Shown: piece by piece, positions 1-13,815 of the stretch
How positions within the stretch are numbered: position 1 is the first letter of the stretch
Layout: each line of letters begins with the position of its first letter
Assembly (NCBI RefSeq): GCF_009914755.1
Contig: NC_060926.1
Reading direction: 5' to 3' (one strand)
Length of the DNA stretch: 64,000 bases
Source: the human T2T-CHM13v2.0 reference genome, Homo sapiens
The notes under the pieces: generated by a model
Seen by the model: only the letters and a program-made list of their open reading frames with translations
The model's database searches: none
Told to the model about the DNA's origin: nothing
Made by a program: the position numbers and the translations under genes

Positions 1-495
1 AGACAATGGAGGAAACTTAAATGCATATTACTAAGTAAAACAAGCCAATCTGAAAAGGCTACATACTGTATGATTCCAACTATATGAAATTCTTAGAAAA
101 GCAAAACTACGGAGGCAGAAAAACAAACAAACAAACAAACAAAAACAATGGTTGCTGGAGTAGAAGAGGAAGAAATGAATAGGCAGAGCACCAATTTTTA
201 GAGCAATGAAACTATTCTGTGTGATACTGCAAGGGCTGATACATACATATTCATTATACATTTGTCAAAATATATAGAATGTACAATATTAACAGTAAAC
301 CCTGATATAAACTGTACTTTGGATGGTAACAATTTGTCAATGTATATTCACCAATTGTAACGTATGCACCAATCTGGTGTGATATGCTGACAGTGTGGGA
401 GAGCAGTAAGTTATGTGTTGGGGTGGGGGGGCCTATAATCTGGGAACTCAACTGTCCACTTTATTTTGCTATAAACCTAAAACTGCTCTAAAAAA
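1..495 (+). mobile_element. L1M (L1MC-like) LINE 3' end fragment
   Basis: Typical old L1 3'UTR text (aagccaatctgaaaaggctacatactgtatgattccaactatatg ... aaacctaaaactgctctaaaaa) ending in an A-rich tail. Confidence 0.7.
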
Positions 496-573
496 ACAGT
501 TATCTATTTTTTAAACAAAAGTCCCATGTCTGGAAACCAAGAAAAACATACCCCTTAATAAAGAAAAAAAAGA

Positions 574-855
574 TTTTTTTTGAGATGGGGTCTCCCTACT
601 AATGTGCGGTGGTGGCGTGATCTCGGCTCACTGCAGCCTGGATCTTCCTGGGCTCAAGCAATTCTCCCACCTCAGCCTCCCAAGTTGCTGGGACTACAGG
701 TGTGTGCCACCATGCCTGGCTAATTTTTGTATTTTTGTAGAGATGGGGTTTCACCATGTTACCCTGGCTGATCTCAAACTCCTGGGCTCAAGAAATCCTC
801 CCACTTCTGGCTCCTAAAGTGCTAGGGTTACAGGTGTAAGCCACTGCACCTGGCC
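574..855 (-). mobile_element. Alu SINE
   Basis: Reverse-complement Alu dimer with poly-T at the left end. Confidence 0.92.
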
Positions 856-879
856 AGGAAAAGTATTAATATTGGTTTA

Positions 880-1990
880 GAAAAACACAAACAGAAATAA
901 ACAGTGGAAAAGGAAACACAGATATAAATCCCAGAATATATGAGAATTTAAGATATGACAATAAAGAGCTTTCAATTAAAGTCAGAAAAAATTTTTTGAT
1001 AGCTGACACAACTGGCTATCCATCTTATAGACAGATATTCCAGATGAATCAAACACTTAATGATAAATAAAGCAATAAGAATCTTCCAAGAAAATGTAAG
1101 AATGAGGAAACCTTTGTAAAAACTTCAATAAACGCATTAGCTAAAAATGATAACCTATCTAATTACCACATTAGCATACTAAAAGGTTGTGTGGCAAGAT
1201 CATTAAAAGCAAAATCAACAGACCAATGACAGACTAAGAAAAATATTTGAAATTCATGATTATTAAAGGGTTAACATCAATAACATTAGAAAAAACTCTT
1301 AAAATGAAATTTACAAGAAAAAATAAAAAATAACCCAACCTAAAAACAGGAAAGGACAGGGATAGGTTAACAGAAGAGAAATCCAAATACCAAATAAAAT
1401 GTTCAATCTCATTAAGAGTCAAAGAAGAACTATCACTTTAAACCCATGTCCACTCACTAAAATTCAAATAAGTGATACTGGCTATTGCTGCTAGAGATTC
1501 TTGAAGAAAAAGACATGTTACTACACCATTATTAGATATGTCTTTTACATTCTTGAAAAACAACATGACTAGTTACATACTCTCCATTCCAAATATGTTA
1601 TTCCTGGAATACTTCTTAGGTGTTAAAAAAAAAAAAATTCATAATTGGGAGGGGATCCAACATGTAAATTGAATTTCCATTAATAAGTGAATGGTTTAAT
1701 GTGTCTCTATGGCAAAGAATACTTTATAAAGTCATTTAAAAAATTACATCTACATTAAGGAACTTACACAGATTTTCACAATAAAGTTTTAAACAAGAAA
1801 AAGTGTATTTAACAAGTAACTTAAGCATATGTAATGTGAACCAATTATGTAAAATGTGTATGTATTTGTCTATGCTTAAGTAACATGCAAAAAGATCTTC
1901 AGATAAGATATTAATGGTGGTTCCCTCATGGTCAAAAAATTAAGGATGAATTTTACTTTCTTTTTAACTTATGTCTGCTTTGTTTTCCTC
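880..1990 (+). mobile_element. Highly decayed old L1 (L1ME/MD-like) fragment
   Basis: A-rich degenerate L1 ORF2-end/3'UTR-like sequence; boundaries uncertain. Confidence 0.45.
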
Positions 1991-2054
1991 CCAATGAGCC
2001 TGCATTACTTAAATAAGAAAACAAACAAACAAACCATTAAGTTATCCTTTCTCA

Positions 2055-2398
<344 letters not shown>

Positions 2399-2874
2399 GA
2401 TATTTTGCAACCATTTAACTTTTAAGGCAAAAGACACAAGAATGTTTTAAAAACATTTAAATACAATTCTTAATTTAAAATTTTCTCCCCAAATGCGAAA
2501 AATAACGTATTTGCAATCAATTCCGTTAATTGTAACAGTAGCATAACAGCTACCTCTCAGGAACGTTATGATTAAATGAGATTATAAACAAAACTCTTCC
2601 TTCCATTGATCTTTAAGGAATAGCAAAATAAAAAAAAAATCCTTGAAGCTAAAGCATGGACTAATATCAAGAAGCATAAAATAGCTATCTTTAAATATTA
2701 TTCTCTCCTTTCCTAAATAAAAATCAATGCTATTCTGAATATTCCATTTTTCTTTCTAACACAGTGTTAAGAAGGTATAACAAAAGGTTTTTAAATTAAG
2801 GTACATAAATTTTCATTTATATATACATACATACATACATATATATATATATGTAAAATTATCATCTAACATCT

Positions 2875-3153
2875 GTCGGGCACTGTGGCTCACGCCTGTA
2901 ATCCCAGCACTTTGGGAGGCTAAGGCGGTCAGATCACTTGAGGCCAGGAGTTCAAGACCAGCCTGGCCAACATGGCAAAACCCCACCTCTACTAAAAATA
3001 TAAAAATTAGTCGGGCATGCTGGCGGGCGCCTGTAGCCCAGCTACTCGGGAGGCTGAGACATGAGAATCACTTGAACCCAGGAGGCGGAGACTGCAGTGA
3101 GCTAAGATCTCATCACTGCACTCCAGTCTTAGTGACAGAGCAAGGCTGTGTCT

Positions 3154-3183
<30 letters not shown>
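2875..3183 (+). mobile_element. Alu SINE (AluS-like)
   Basis: Full Alu dimer with long poly-A tail. Confidence 0.95.
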
Positions 3184-3186
<3 letters not shown>

Positions 3187-3510
3187 TTATCTCCTAATGT
3201 AATGCTTAACTTGTAATTACTAGGTTAAGCACTGTGTACCTACAAGTTCTGCTTCCCTTCTAATTGTGATGGGAAGAATTTAAATCCTTTTAAAAGTTGA
3301 TACATGTAATTCTCATCTCTCATTAAGTCCCACCAAAACCAGATTTTAAAATAAATCAATTTTTCAATCCTTGTCATAGAAAAAAAGGGGAAAACTATGG
3401 ATTAATGTAAAGATTTAGCAGATAATCCTTAGAACAGAAATAAGAATAACTGTAAAGTAGGTTAAAGTATAGTAAAATTAAAATATTACAAAGGTTAAAA
3501 GAGTACTTAC

Positions 3511-3527
3511 TGCACCAGATGCTGTAC
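3511..3527 (-). CDS. PRPF40A: PRPF40A coding exon 5, 17-nt microexon (G-TASGA)
   Basis: Minus strand ttttttattttttag|GTACAGCATCTGGTGCA|gtaagt. Completes the phase-1 Gly of exon 4 and gives GTASGA, matching PRPF40A just before the first WW domain (next exon is outside the window). Confidence 0.92.
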
Positions 3528-3941
3528 CTAAAAAATAAAAAACAGGCAAAATATTTACACCATGATAAATCATGCTCTCCTTCATAATAGCTTTAATATT
3601 TATTCATATATTCATAGTACTTACTCCTCCTCATCCTCTCTAAAGATTTTGAGACTGTCTCATATAACCTAAGTGCTTGCTATCTTTCCCACAAAATAAA
3701 CATCTATAGTGCAAAACATGCTCAGAGTTTGAACTTTCAATGCACAAACTTACTTGGACTCACTTGGAGGCAGTTTGATAAGTATTCAACTTAGCCTTTT
3801 GTTTCTCTTTTCCCTACTATAATAGGTATCTATCTTTCTTATTCCTCCTTCTCTACTAAGTATATTACCAAAGCACAATAACACCTCTAACCACTGATTC
3901 TATAGCTTTAGATTCCTGGTAACTTTATCTAAATTCCAGAT

Positions 3942-4156
3942 TTGTGCTGTAAAATACAGTAGCGAGCAGACACCAGACATCCCTTTAAATTAAAATTTAA
4001 ATTAAGATTAAATAAAATTTTAAAAATTCAGTTCCTCAGCTGCACCAGCCACACTTCAAATACACAATAATTACATGTGTCTAGTGGCTACTGTATTAAG
4101 CAGTACAGATTACAGAACATTTCCATCACTGCAGAAAGTTCTATTAGATGGTACTG
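3942..4156 (-). mobile_element. MER3-like hAT-Charlie MITE
   Basis: Reverse of the MER3 pattern (catgtgtctagtggctactgtatt ... agaacatttccatcactgcagaaagttctatt). Confidence 0.75.
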
Positions 4157-5135
4157 TCCTATACTACTATAGAAAACTCAAGGGATTTTGAAATGCATGT
4201 TAGTCACAAAACTCCTAATAATAATCTCAAACTTTAGAAACTAGTAATTTAAACATGTAAATAAAAAAAGACGGAGATTGTATGTAAAACAAAACAAAAC
4301 AAAGTTCATATATACTGAGTACACTCAAAAGAAGCTACTATAGAAAATAACTGTAGAGCCAAAGCGTATTAAAAGTAACTAAAAAAAAAAAATTATGTAA
4401 TTTTCCAAGATTACTGAGGGTAACAGTACCCAGCTCTGGATATCTAAATAAAAGAAAATAATTGTATTAGGTATTTAAGAACATTTTAAATAATGAAATC
4501 TGTGAAACATCTTAAAAAAATCAATTTAGTCCCATTTGAACCCACAGAAAAGCACACAGTACATTTTCAACACCTTTCGACCAATACTGTTTATAACAAA
4601 AAAAATATTGTCATAATTGTGTCATAAAGTTCGGCATCTGGAATATCAATTTATGTGGAAAACTATGTAATCATGATACTGGAGGCATTACTATTATATA
4701 TTAAAATCTCACTAGTCAAAATGGCCAGTTATTGGGAACTGATATTTACTCCAATGGCTATTAATACAAGGGCCAAGGAGATGACAGAAAAGTAACTCTG
4801 AAGTAGTCTAGAACCCCAAGGAGAGCCCAGACTAAACACCTAAAGAATGGAGCCACTACGTCATTCTAGTGTTTGCTGAGTACAAATATCAACTCAACCA
4901 GAGTTCATTTAACGTATATTCTCTGAGCACCTACTGTGTTGACAGGACTACTGTTAAGTATTGAATAGTCAGATCATCCAACTTTTCAAAATAAATTCAA
5001 ACTCAAAATCTGCAGACTATAAATGTTAGCGATAATTACAAAATTGAAGAACTTTGTGTGGGCCAAAGTATATCTGCAGACCAAATTGGGTCCAGAACTC
5101 CTGACCTAAAACTGTAAAAATTTCCTAAGAATTCA

Positions 5136-5462
<327 letters not shown>

Positions 5463-5586
5463 CTATTGCAGAAAAAAGAAAAAGGAGGTTATATAAAGTC
5501 CAAGAGATCCTGCTTTTACTCCTCATAATAGGGCTGCTACTGTCCAAATGAGGTCTAACACATACCACCATACAGAGTATACGTAC

Positions 5587-5617
5587 CTGCTGCTACATCC
5601 ATACTATTTACTCCTGG
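5587..5617 (-). CDS. PRPF40A: PRPF40A coding exon 4, 31-nt microexon (PGVNSMDVAA-G)
   Basis: ttcttcttacag|CCAGGAGTAAATAGTATGGATGTAGCAGCAG|gtacgt; translation matches PRPF40A. Confidence 0.93.
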
Positions 5618-6615
5618 CTGTAAGAAGAAAAATGAAATTAGTATTATTCATCTTTTTAAAAGTGTATTTTATATAAGTTCCTCATAAAGCACAGTGAAAT
5701 CAGTACCTGCTATGTATAATCCTCAAGCCTCTGACTCATATTCTTAGCAAAACTTTTAGTGGTCTCAGTTCCCCGAGCTTGCTATAAATTGTAAAAGAGA
5801 TCAGCAACCGAGACTACGGGAGTAGTTTAAATGTTATATGGTCACCAAGTGTACACAAGGTCCTCAATCCTTTACCCACAATTCTGGAAACCAAAACCCT
5901 CTGAAAGCCAACTTTTTTCAAGTATGGTACCAAAACTCACTATAGTGGCAAAACCTGCCCTACATGAACATGAAACTCCACATCTTCATTTATCCCACTT
6001 CAGAGTGAATATCCGTTTAGTTTAGCTGCAAAAATATTAACATTATTAAGTTAGACAGCATTGCCCTGGACCCCACAGGAAATGTTTACATATTATATGC
6101 AATGTGTTACTTTCCAGTATTATAAAGAATTTTTGAAATATATCTGGTCTTAGGGTTTTGGGAAAGACACTGCAAACTTACCACCCCAAGGAGTATGCCA
6201 CATCTGTTTATTACAACCACAACCACATAAAGAATAAAGAAGTTAAACTAACTTGAATTTCATAGTAATTTATATTGCTATACTACCCGACAGAGGTGGT
6301 AAGGCTGTTCAATAGATTTTCTAATTAATTTGCCACAGCTGAAGTCTCAGAACGTGGATTTCCAATTAAATATTGATTCCTAAATCTAGTATTAAATCAC
6401 ATTATACCAATTTTTAATTAGCGTTCAGTGAAGTAAATGTTTACCCTTTAAAACTTAAATGTTATCAGACCAATAAAATGCTTCTGGCTCACAATGTATA
6501 CTTTTCAGTATTCTGGTCTTAATACAGAATTAACCTAGTAATTAAGGATGTACATATAATATCAATATAGGAAAAAATGTAAACGTCTATCATTGTAGTT
6601 ATAGAAACTAAATCC

Positions 6616-6925
6616 AGGACAAGCACAGTGGCTCATGCCTGTCATCCCTGTGGGAGGCCGAGGCAGGAGGATCATTTGAGCTCAGGAGTTTGACACCAGC
6701 TTAGGCAACACAGGGAGACCTCATCTCTACAAAAAAAATTTAAAAATTAGCTCGGCGTGGTGGCACGTGCCTGTGGTCTCAGCTACTCAGAAGGCTGAGG
6801 TCGGAGGATTACTTGAGCCCACGAGGTTGAGGCTGTAGTGAGCTGTTATCATGACACTCACTGCATTCCAGACTGGGTGACAGAGCAAGACTCTGTCTCA
6901 AAAAAACAAAGAAAAGAAAAGAAAC
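6616..6925 (+). mobile_element. Alu SINE (AluJ-like)
   Basis: Diverged Alu dimer with A-rich tail. Confidence 0.9.
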
Positions 6926-7090
6926 TGAAACTGAAAGTCCACGGTAATTCTTGTATTTTATTACAGTACTACAGAGGCACTTCAACAGCTAACATGATTG
7001 CCTATAAAATACATAGATATTATTCCATATATATAAAAGCAATCAATCAAAACATTACTTCACAGAAAATAGTTATTTTCACATGATTAC

Positions 7091-7171
7091 CGGTAAGGCA
7101 GGCTGCATGGAAGCCTGAGACATATGAGACATCATCATTCCAGGCATTACTGACGACATCATTCCAGGCAT
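7091..7171 (-). CDS. PRPF40A: PRPF40A coding exon 3, 81 nt ([27 protein letters not shown])
   Basis: ttttag acceptor and CCG|gtaatc donor, phase 0/0; Met/Pro-rich peptide matches PRPF40A. Contains a perfect 15-bp internal repeat (7133-7147, 7157-7171) encoding MPGMM twice. Confidence 0.95.
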
Positions 7172-8755
7172 CTAAAATAAAAGTAAAAAAAGGTTACCAT
7201 AAGACCAAAGCACTTAATATGACTTTAAGAATCCCATAACTTAAGATTTAAAACCACTAAACACTACACCATGTGAATAGTATGCTTAGTAAGTGCTTGT
7301 TGAATGAATGAAGTACTTTATCGATAATCTATTTTAATACTTATGTCACAGTTTATATATATGGTCAAAATTATTTTAACAAGTAAATTTAAAAGTTTGG
7401 ACTATTATGTTATTTCTAGCCTGAATTTAAAAAAACATTAATCTCCTTTTAGTTATAACACAACATTCATATTTTTCTCACTTCTTTGGAGCAAGAGAAT
7501 TTAAGATAAAATTTTTTCTGTATTTTTCACCTTTGATTTTTAATATATGCACTGAATAAATTTTACAATGTGGCACATTTCAAAATCCTAGATCAAAGGT
7601 GCTTAATATCCAAACAATGACTTAAAAAATAATCTAAAAAAACCCTTTTTAAGTCACACGTCATTTATCCCCTCTCATGTACAGAAAACTTAAGGCACAT
7701 ACATAAATATCTGAAGGTATTAGTTTGGGAGCTCAATCTAGTTTACCAATAACTACCATTCAAATCTATGAATTAATTCTACTAAGTTTGAATATAAATC
7801 CTGAAAATTAACACAAGTTTCTCAAGAATTTGACCCAATGTTCATCTATATTAGTATAATCCCACGTTCCAATTTTGATTTTAATGACCATTAAAAAGAT
7901 CTAAGGAAATTCAGAAGGGGACAAAAATTACATACAATAATCACAGGTATTGGAACAAGGTAACCAGTTATTAAACAATTTCAAAGTAAATGAACATTTT
8001 GAGAAATAGAAACAACAGAAAAGAATAAGCATATGGCCAGCAGGAACATATAGATTGAAGCCTTTTAAAGGTATGTAAGAACATTCATACACTGAATTGT
8101 ATTCCTTGTGAAAGTAACCCATGAAGCTAAACGAGGCTAAAGTACCTATTAAAATAAAGTAGCATTGAGTTAATGGGTTAAAAACAACCAATAAACTGTC
8201 TAAACATCATTAAACAAGAACTTTTTGACAAAAATTGTGACTATAAGAATGTGGTGGCTGACTTGGAATATGGTCCAAATAATATGTATTTTTTTCTAAG
8301 GTATAGAATTTGAAAACTGAAGCACTGGCAAGCCTCCATCATCCAGACTAAGAGAATCAGATAAATAATTTACAAAGTAAGGAGAAAAAATACAACAATC
8401 AAATGAGAAAGAACTACAACTAGGCTTACTCCCAGCCCATACATCTCCCGCCAACAGATATATCCTCATAATTAATTTTGCTTTAGGCCAATGTAAAATA
8501 CGCTGAATCAGGTAACTGGTTGTGTGGGAAAGCAACCAAGATGCATGACAGGCAACAGGGAAACTGCCTGCTACTTTAAGTAACCTACATATAAAATCAA
8601 AAGCTAGTAACATAACCAAAACTAGAATTCTAAGCTAAATTGAGATCAAGGTCTGAAAACTTAGAGAGAAAAACTAATCAAAGTAACTTCTCGGAAGAAT
8701 TAAAGGTATTTTTTAAAGTAGAGTAAAATCTGCATAATGCAATAGAACAGTCTCT

Positions 8756-9058
<303 letters not shown>

Positions 9059-10131
9059 TTCTCTTATGGTAGCAGCAGACTGTACAAATAAATATAAATT
9101 CAAATTGAAATATCCTGACTTTATCACACACATAAAGATAAAATCTTCTTTAAAACCAAAGCCACAAAAAAACAAATATTTAAGAGTTTAGTAGACCAGG
9201 CCAATGAGACCTCCAGTAGGCAGTAATTGAAAATCACTGAAGAACATAGAGTCTGACAGAGTTCTCTCTTTAATTGTTCTTCTTCCCATACCTAAAATGT
9301 TTAAACACCTCAAAAATGTTCTTTCAGACTGGAAATCATGGTATTGATTATAGAATGAGATTTAATGTCAAATAAAAAGCTACATTCTCCCTTGGTATCT
9401 CTGTAAATACTGGGGGTGAAGACTAGTTAATCTTGTTTTACCCAACAAACTAATCTGCAAGTCCTAAATTAAATATAACTGAATATCCTGAGAGTAAATC
9501 GATCATTCATTAATGTAATTTAAACCAAAACTGTGATGTTTACATAAAACCAAAGAACAAAACCACAAATATGCAAAATACTGTATTTTGTATGAAAAAC
9601 TATTGTAAGAATTTGAGAAATTTAGAGTTCCTTTAGAGGACTGAGCATCCCAGAAAAGTCTGTTTTTCAAAGTCTAAAAAACCTACTTTGTGGCAATGTT
9701 ATGATTCCCATTTTCTATTAATTCTAGGATATACATAACATAGAGATACTTTTTATAATCTCTTTCTTTGAAGCTGAATCTTTTAAAGAATTTGTGTTGA
9801 TTTATGCCAGTCACTTTGGCAGCACCATCAATCTGAGACCATTAAAAGTTTCTAAGCTATCTATAACACTTACTGTTAATGGGAATACAGGATGCAAACT
9901 TATGAGAATTGGCTACGGCTCAACTCCTCAGACGTGATTTTTTCCTCCCTCATCCCAATAATAAGAGTTAAAACATTCAAATTTCTTTACTGTCTCCTCT
10001 GGCATGGTAGGTATAGTTCTTCTTTCCATGGAGGGTATAGCCCTTTGGTGTCTCAACTTTATCTGTTGAGTAAGTTTCAGATTTTCCATTTAGGTGTTTT
10101 TTTTTTCCCACTTTTAGGGGCACATAAAATA

Positions 10132-10466
10132 CAGTCATGTGTCATTTAATGACCGTATGTTCTGAGAATTGTGTCATCAGGAGATATCATCATTGTGTAT
10201 CATATAATGCACTTACACAAACCTGGATGGTTATAGTCTACTACACATCTAGGCTATTATGGCATAGCCTATTACTCCTAGGCTACAAACCTTTATAACA
10301 TGTTACAGTACTGAATACTGGAGGCAACTGTAACACAATGCTAAGTATTTGTATATCTAGACATAGAAAAGACATAGTAAAAATAAGGTAGTATATGATC
10401 TAACAGCACCACCATTGTGTATGTAGTCTGTCATTTACCAATATGGCACTATGTGGCACACAAATG
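10132..10466 (+). mobile_element. Tigger3a-like TcMar DNA transposon deletion derivative
   Basis: TA-cagtcatgtgtc start; acttacacaaacct...ctacacatctaggcta...ggctacaaacct core. Confidence 0.75.
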
Positions 10467-11713
10467 TAATACTGTGTCTCTCCATTTAAGTTCAATGAAA
10501 ATGGGATGTTGCTTCAAAATACTGAAGGTGAAAAATTATTAACTTAGTTGCTACAATAACGCCACAACAAATTCCATGAGCCACATCATTCTTAAGGCTA
10601 CAAAGTGGTAGAGTTCATATTTACTTAATGTGAAGCATACTATAAAATCAAAACCATGTACTGCTTTACAAATTCCCATTTAAACAACTTTGGTATTATA
10701 TGTAAAAGTGCTGTAATTAAAAATTTTTAGTTGTTTGAGACATAAACTAAATTTCCTAAAATGTTAAACATCTGAATATTATGAACAATTTGGCACCTTT
10801 AAAAAACGTAGCTGATATATATTTTATACAATTCATAAGTGGCCAACCATATGTATATTTATACTATGTAAACCATTTCTGTTTCCTATTCTTTTAATAC
10901 GTATAAAACTAATTATCAAGATGTTCTCAGAAGAATCATCAGTTTGAGGAAAATAAAAAATAAATGAACAAAACACTAGGGAGCATCACACAACCTGTTC
11001 AGTCATTCTGAGCATCCCAGAAAGTTTCTAATGTTAGATATAAACAAACATATTTCATTTATCACTCTACATATTTTAAAAAATGAAAATAAAAAGTGGT
11101 AGTAATGAAGCAATATCAATGCTACAGTGAGTGAATTTTACAAAGTGTAAATTCAGTTGGTCCAATTTTACCATGATATGAAAAGAAAGCACCTTAAAAG
11201 TGAAGAACTTCACATGGGGACTTCACAAGTTCTTTCCTTCATAGTTATTTACTGAAGTTTTTCCTACCGGAAAGAAATCACAAACAATTGGACGTATCTC
11301 TTGTCTAGTATTACAAACAAAATCACCTGAAAAAAAAATTAACTCCTAAATCTGGTGGTTTTTTAAAAACCATTCTTGCTGCAAACCTGTAGCAGCAAAT
11401 TGATAATCTAAGTAAGTTTCATGTCTACCTTTTTACTTGGGGTTCTTCATAAGTGTGCTAAAGTAAAATTCCGTAAGATAAGTACAACCTACAAAGGCTG
11501 TTTAGTATTTTAAAACAACTATCTCATATACCACTAAATTATTTTATGAACATATAAATAAATACCAAAAATCCTGAATAAATGCACAAACTGAATCTTT
11601 AAAGAGAACTAAACATTCATTCGATCGGAAATAAATGGAAATATCCTTAGCAACCAAAAGTAACTGGTGGCATTTTGTGGAAATCATTTAACCTACTTCC
11701 TCTTCATCTAAAG

Positions 11714-11933
11714 CAAGCCTGTCCAACCTGCAGGCCATGGGCCACATGTGGCCCAGGACAGCTTTGAATGTGTCTCAACACAAATTTGTAAGCTTTATTA
11801 AAACATTGTTTTTTTGGCTGTTTTTTTTTTTAAGCTCATCAGATATTGTTAGTGTTAGTGTATCTGATGAGTGGCCCAAGACTATTATTCTTCTTCCAAA
11901 TGGCCCAGGGGAGCCAAAAGATTGGATACCCCG
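11714..11933. mobile_element. MER30-like hAT-Charlie MITE
   Basis: Imperfect TIRs (gtccaa ... ttggat) and 8-bp TSD atctaaag (11706-11713) / atctagag (11934-11941). Confidence 0.8.
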
Positions 11934-13292
11934 ATCTAGAGCAATATAAATTCAAAACATCATTTTTTGATAAGAAATATTTAGATAAATAAAGGGTAGA
12001 CAATATTTGTACAAATTGTTATCATGCAGAATAGAACCTTACCATGTAATAAAACAAGTGCCAGTATTCAAAATTTGCTAAACTTTCTCAACCTACAGAA
12101 TTTAGAACTGCTGAAGTACAGCAACCCCTTCAGGGTCTAACGAAATTAACTCAATTACATAATCTTATACTGATATATATAGATAATGCAGTCTGAAGGA
12201 AGACTGGAAGAATTCTTATCCCAATTAACAAAGGTGCGATCTTGGGCTAATTTATTTGACCTCTCTGGACCTCAAACTCTTCATCAATGAGAAAAAACAT
12301 TACCCATCTGATAAGATTATTATAGAGAACAAATGGGATAATACAGATGTGGCACTTAGAAACGGGCTTAATAAATAATATAATAGGCATTATCAGTGCT
12401 CTCCATTTAATCAAGGTATATCTTATGTCATCCCTTCCCTCATCTATTCCTTATCTAGCTCTCAAGTACTTCAGTTCTTTTAAGGTGTCTAGGGAAAATA
12501 TTGTAAAACCATGATAATATTCAATAGAAACCAATCCATGTTAATAAGTCAATCTCAGATTAAGATCATGTTTAGTGCTGGCTCTGCAATGTCACTGAAT
12601 AACTCACTAAACTCTCTGAGCCTTCCTATTCCCATTTGTAAATTGGACATCCAATCCATCTAGCCAATCCACTTTTCAGTCAGGAGGATCAAATTCAATA
12701 GGCTACATGAATCTCTCTAAGTTTATATAAGCATGGTGACAGTTATAATTCTTGACACAAATTATGTGACACAATTTAGAAATAGAGCTAAATGACAATG
12801 AACTGTATCACTTTATATTTTAAAAAGCTCTAATCGTAACTGGGGATACACAAAAATTGTATTGCCTCAAGCCATATAGAATGACTTTAAAACTTACTCT
12901 AAAAAGTCATCAAAGCCTTCTTTTAGACAAAAGTGTACAAGGACACAAGACCATTATTATCCCCTTCCCCAGGTCTCTCAAATTAGATTCAGTAGCATAT
13001 CAAGCTAAATCTTTATACTTTATTTCAGTATAAGGGTCTAATTTTCTATACCTAAGAAATATATGATCACAAATACACGATGACTTAGAGATTACTGAAA
13101 AATCATCTTTCGAAGAAGTAACAACTTTCTTGATTCCGCATGGCCAAATGGGTGTTTGCAAACAAGAACTTAATGCTCATTCATTTATCAAAAGCTAGTT
13201 TTAAAAGTCTTAGCCTAAATTTAAGATTAAGACCTAATGACAAGGATCCCATTCACAATGTAATGTGAATTTTGTTTAAAAAGATCAAAGTT

Positions 13293-13601
<309 letters not shown>

Positions 13602-13815
13602 CTAAGATAAATGTAAGATTTTCGTTAAAATAAAAACAAAAACCAAAGCCTAAGACAGAGCAAACTGAATTTCAACTCAAGACAGTGTTCACTAGTTCTT
13701 CATGACTAACAGAATCATTCAGACTGGGAGAAGATTCAGATTCCCACTTTGAGTACACTGAGCAAGAAAGCAGCAGAAGTGGCTTTCCTTTTAAATCCAC
13801 CAATGCAAAATATCA

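Noticed and set aside
9641-11022. Exact 16-mer ctgagcatcccagaaa at 9641 and 11007
   Set aside because: About 0.5 such matches are expected by chance in 64 kb; no extended similarity.
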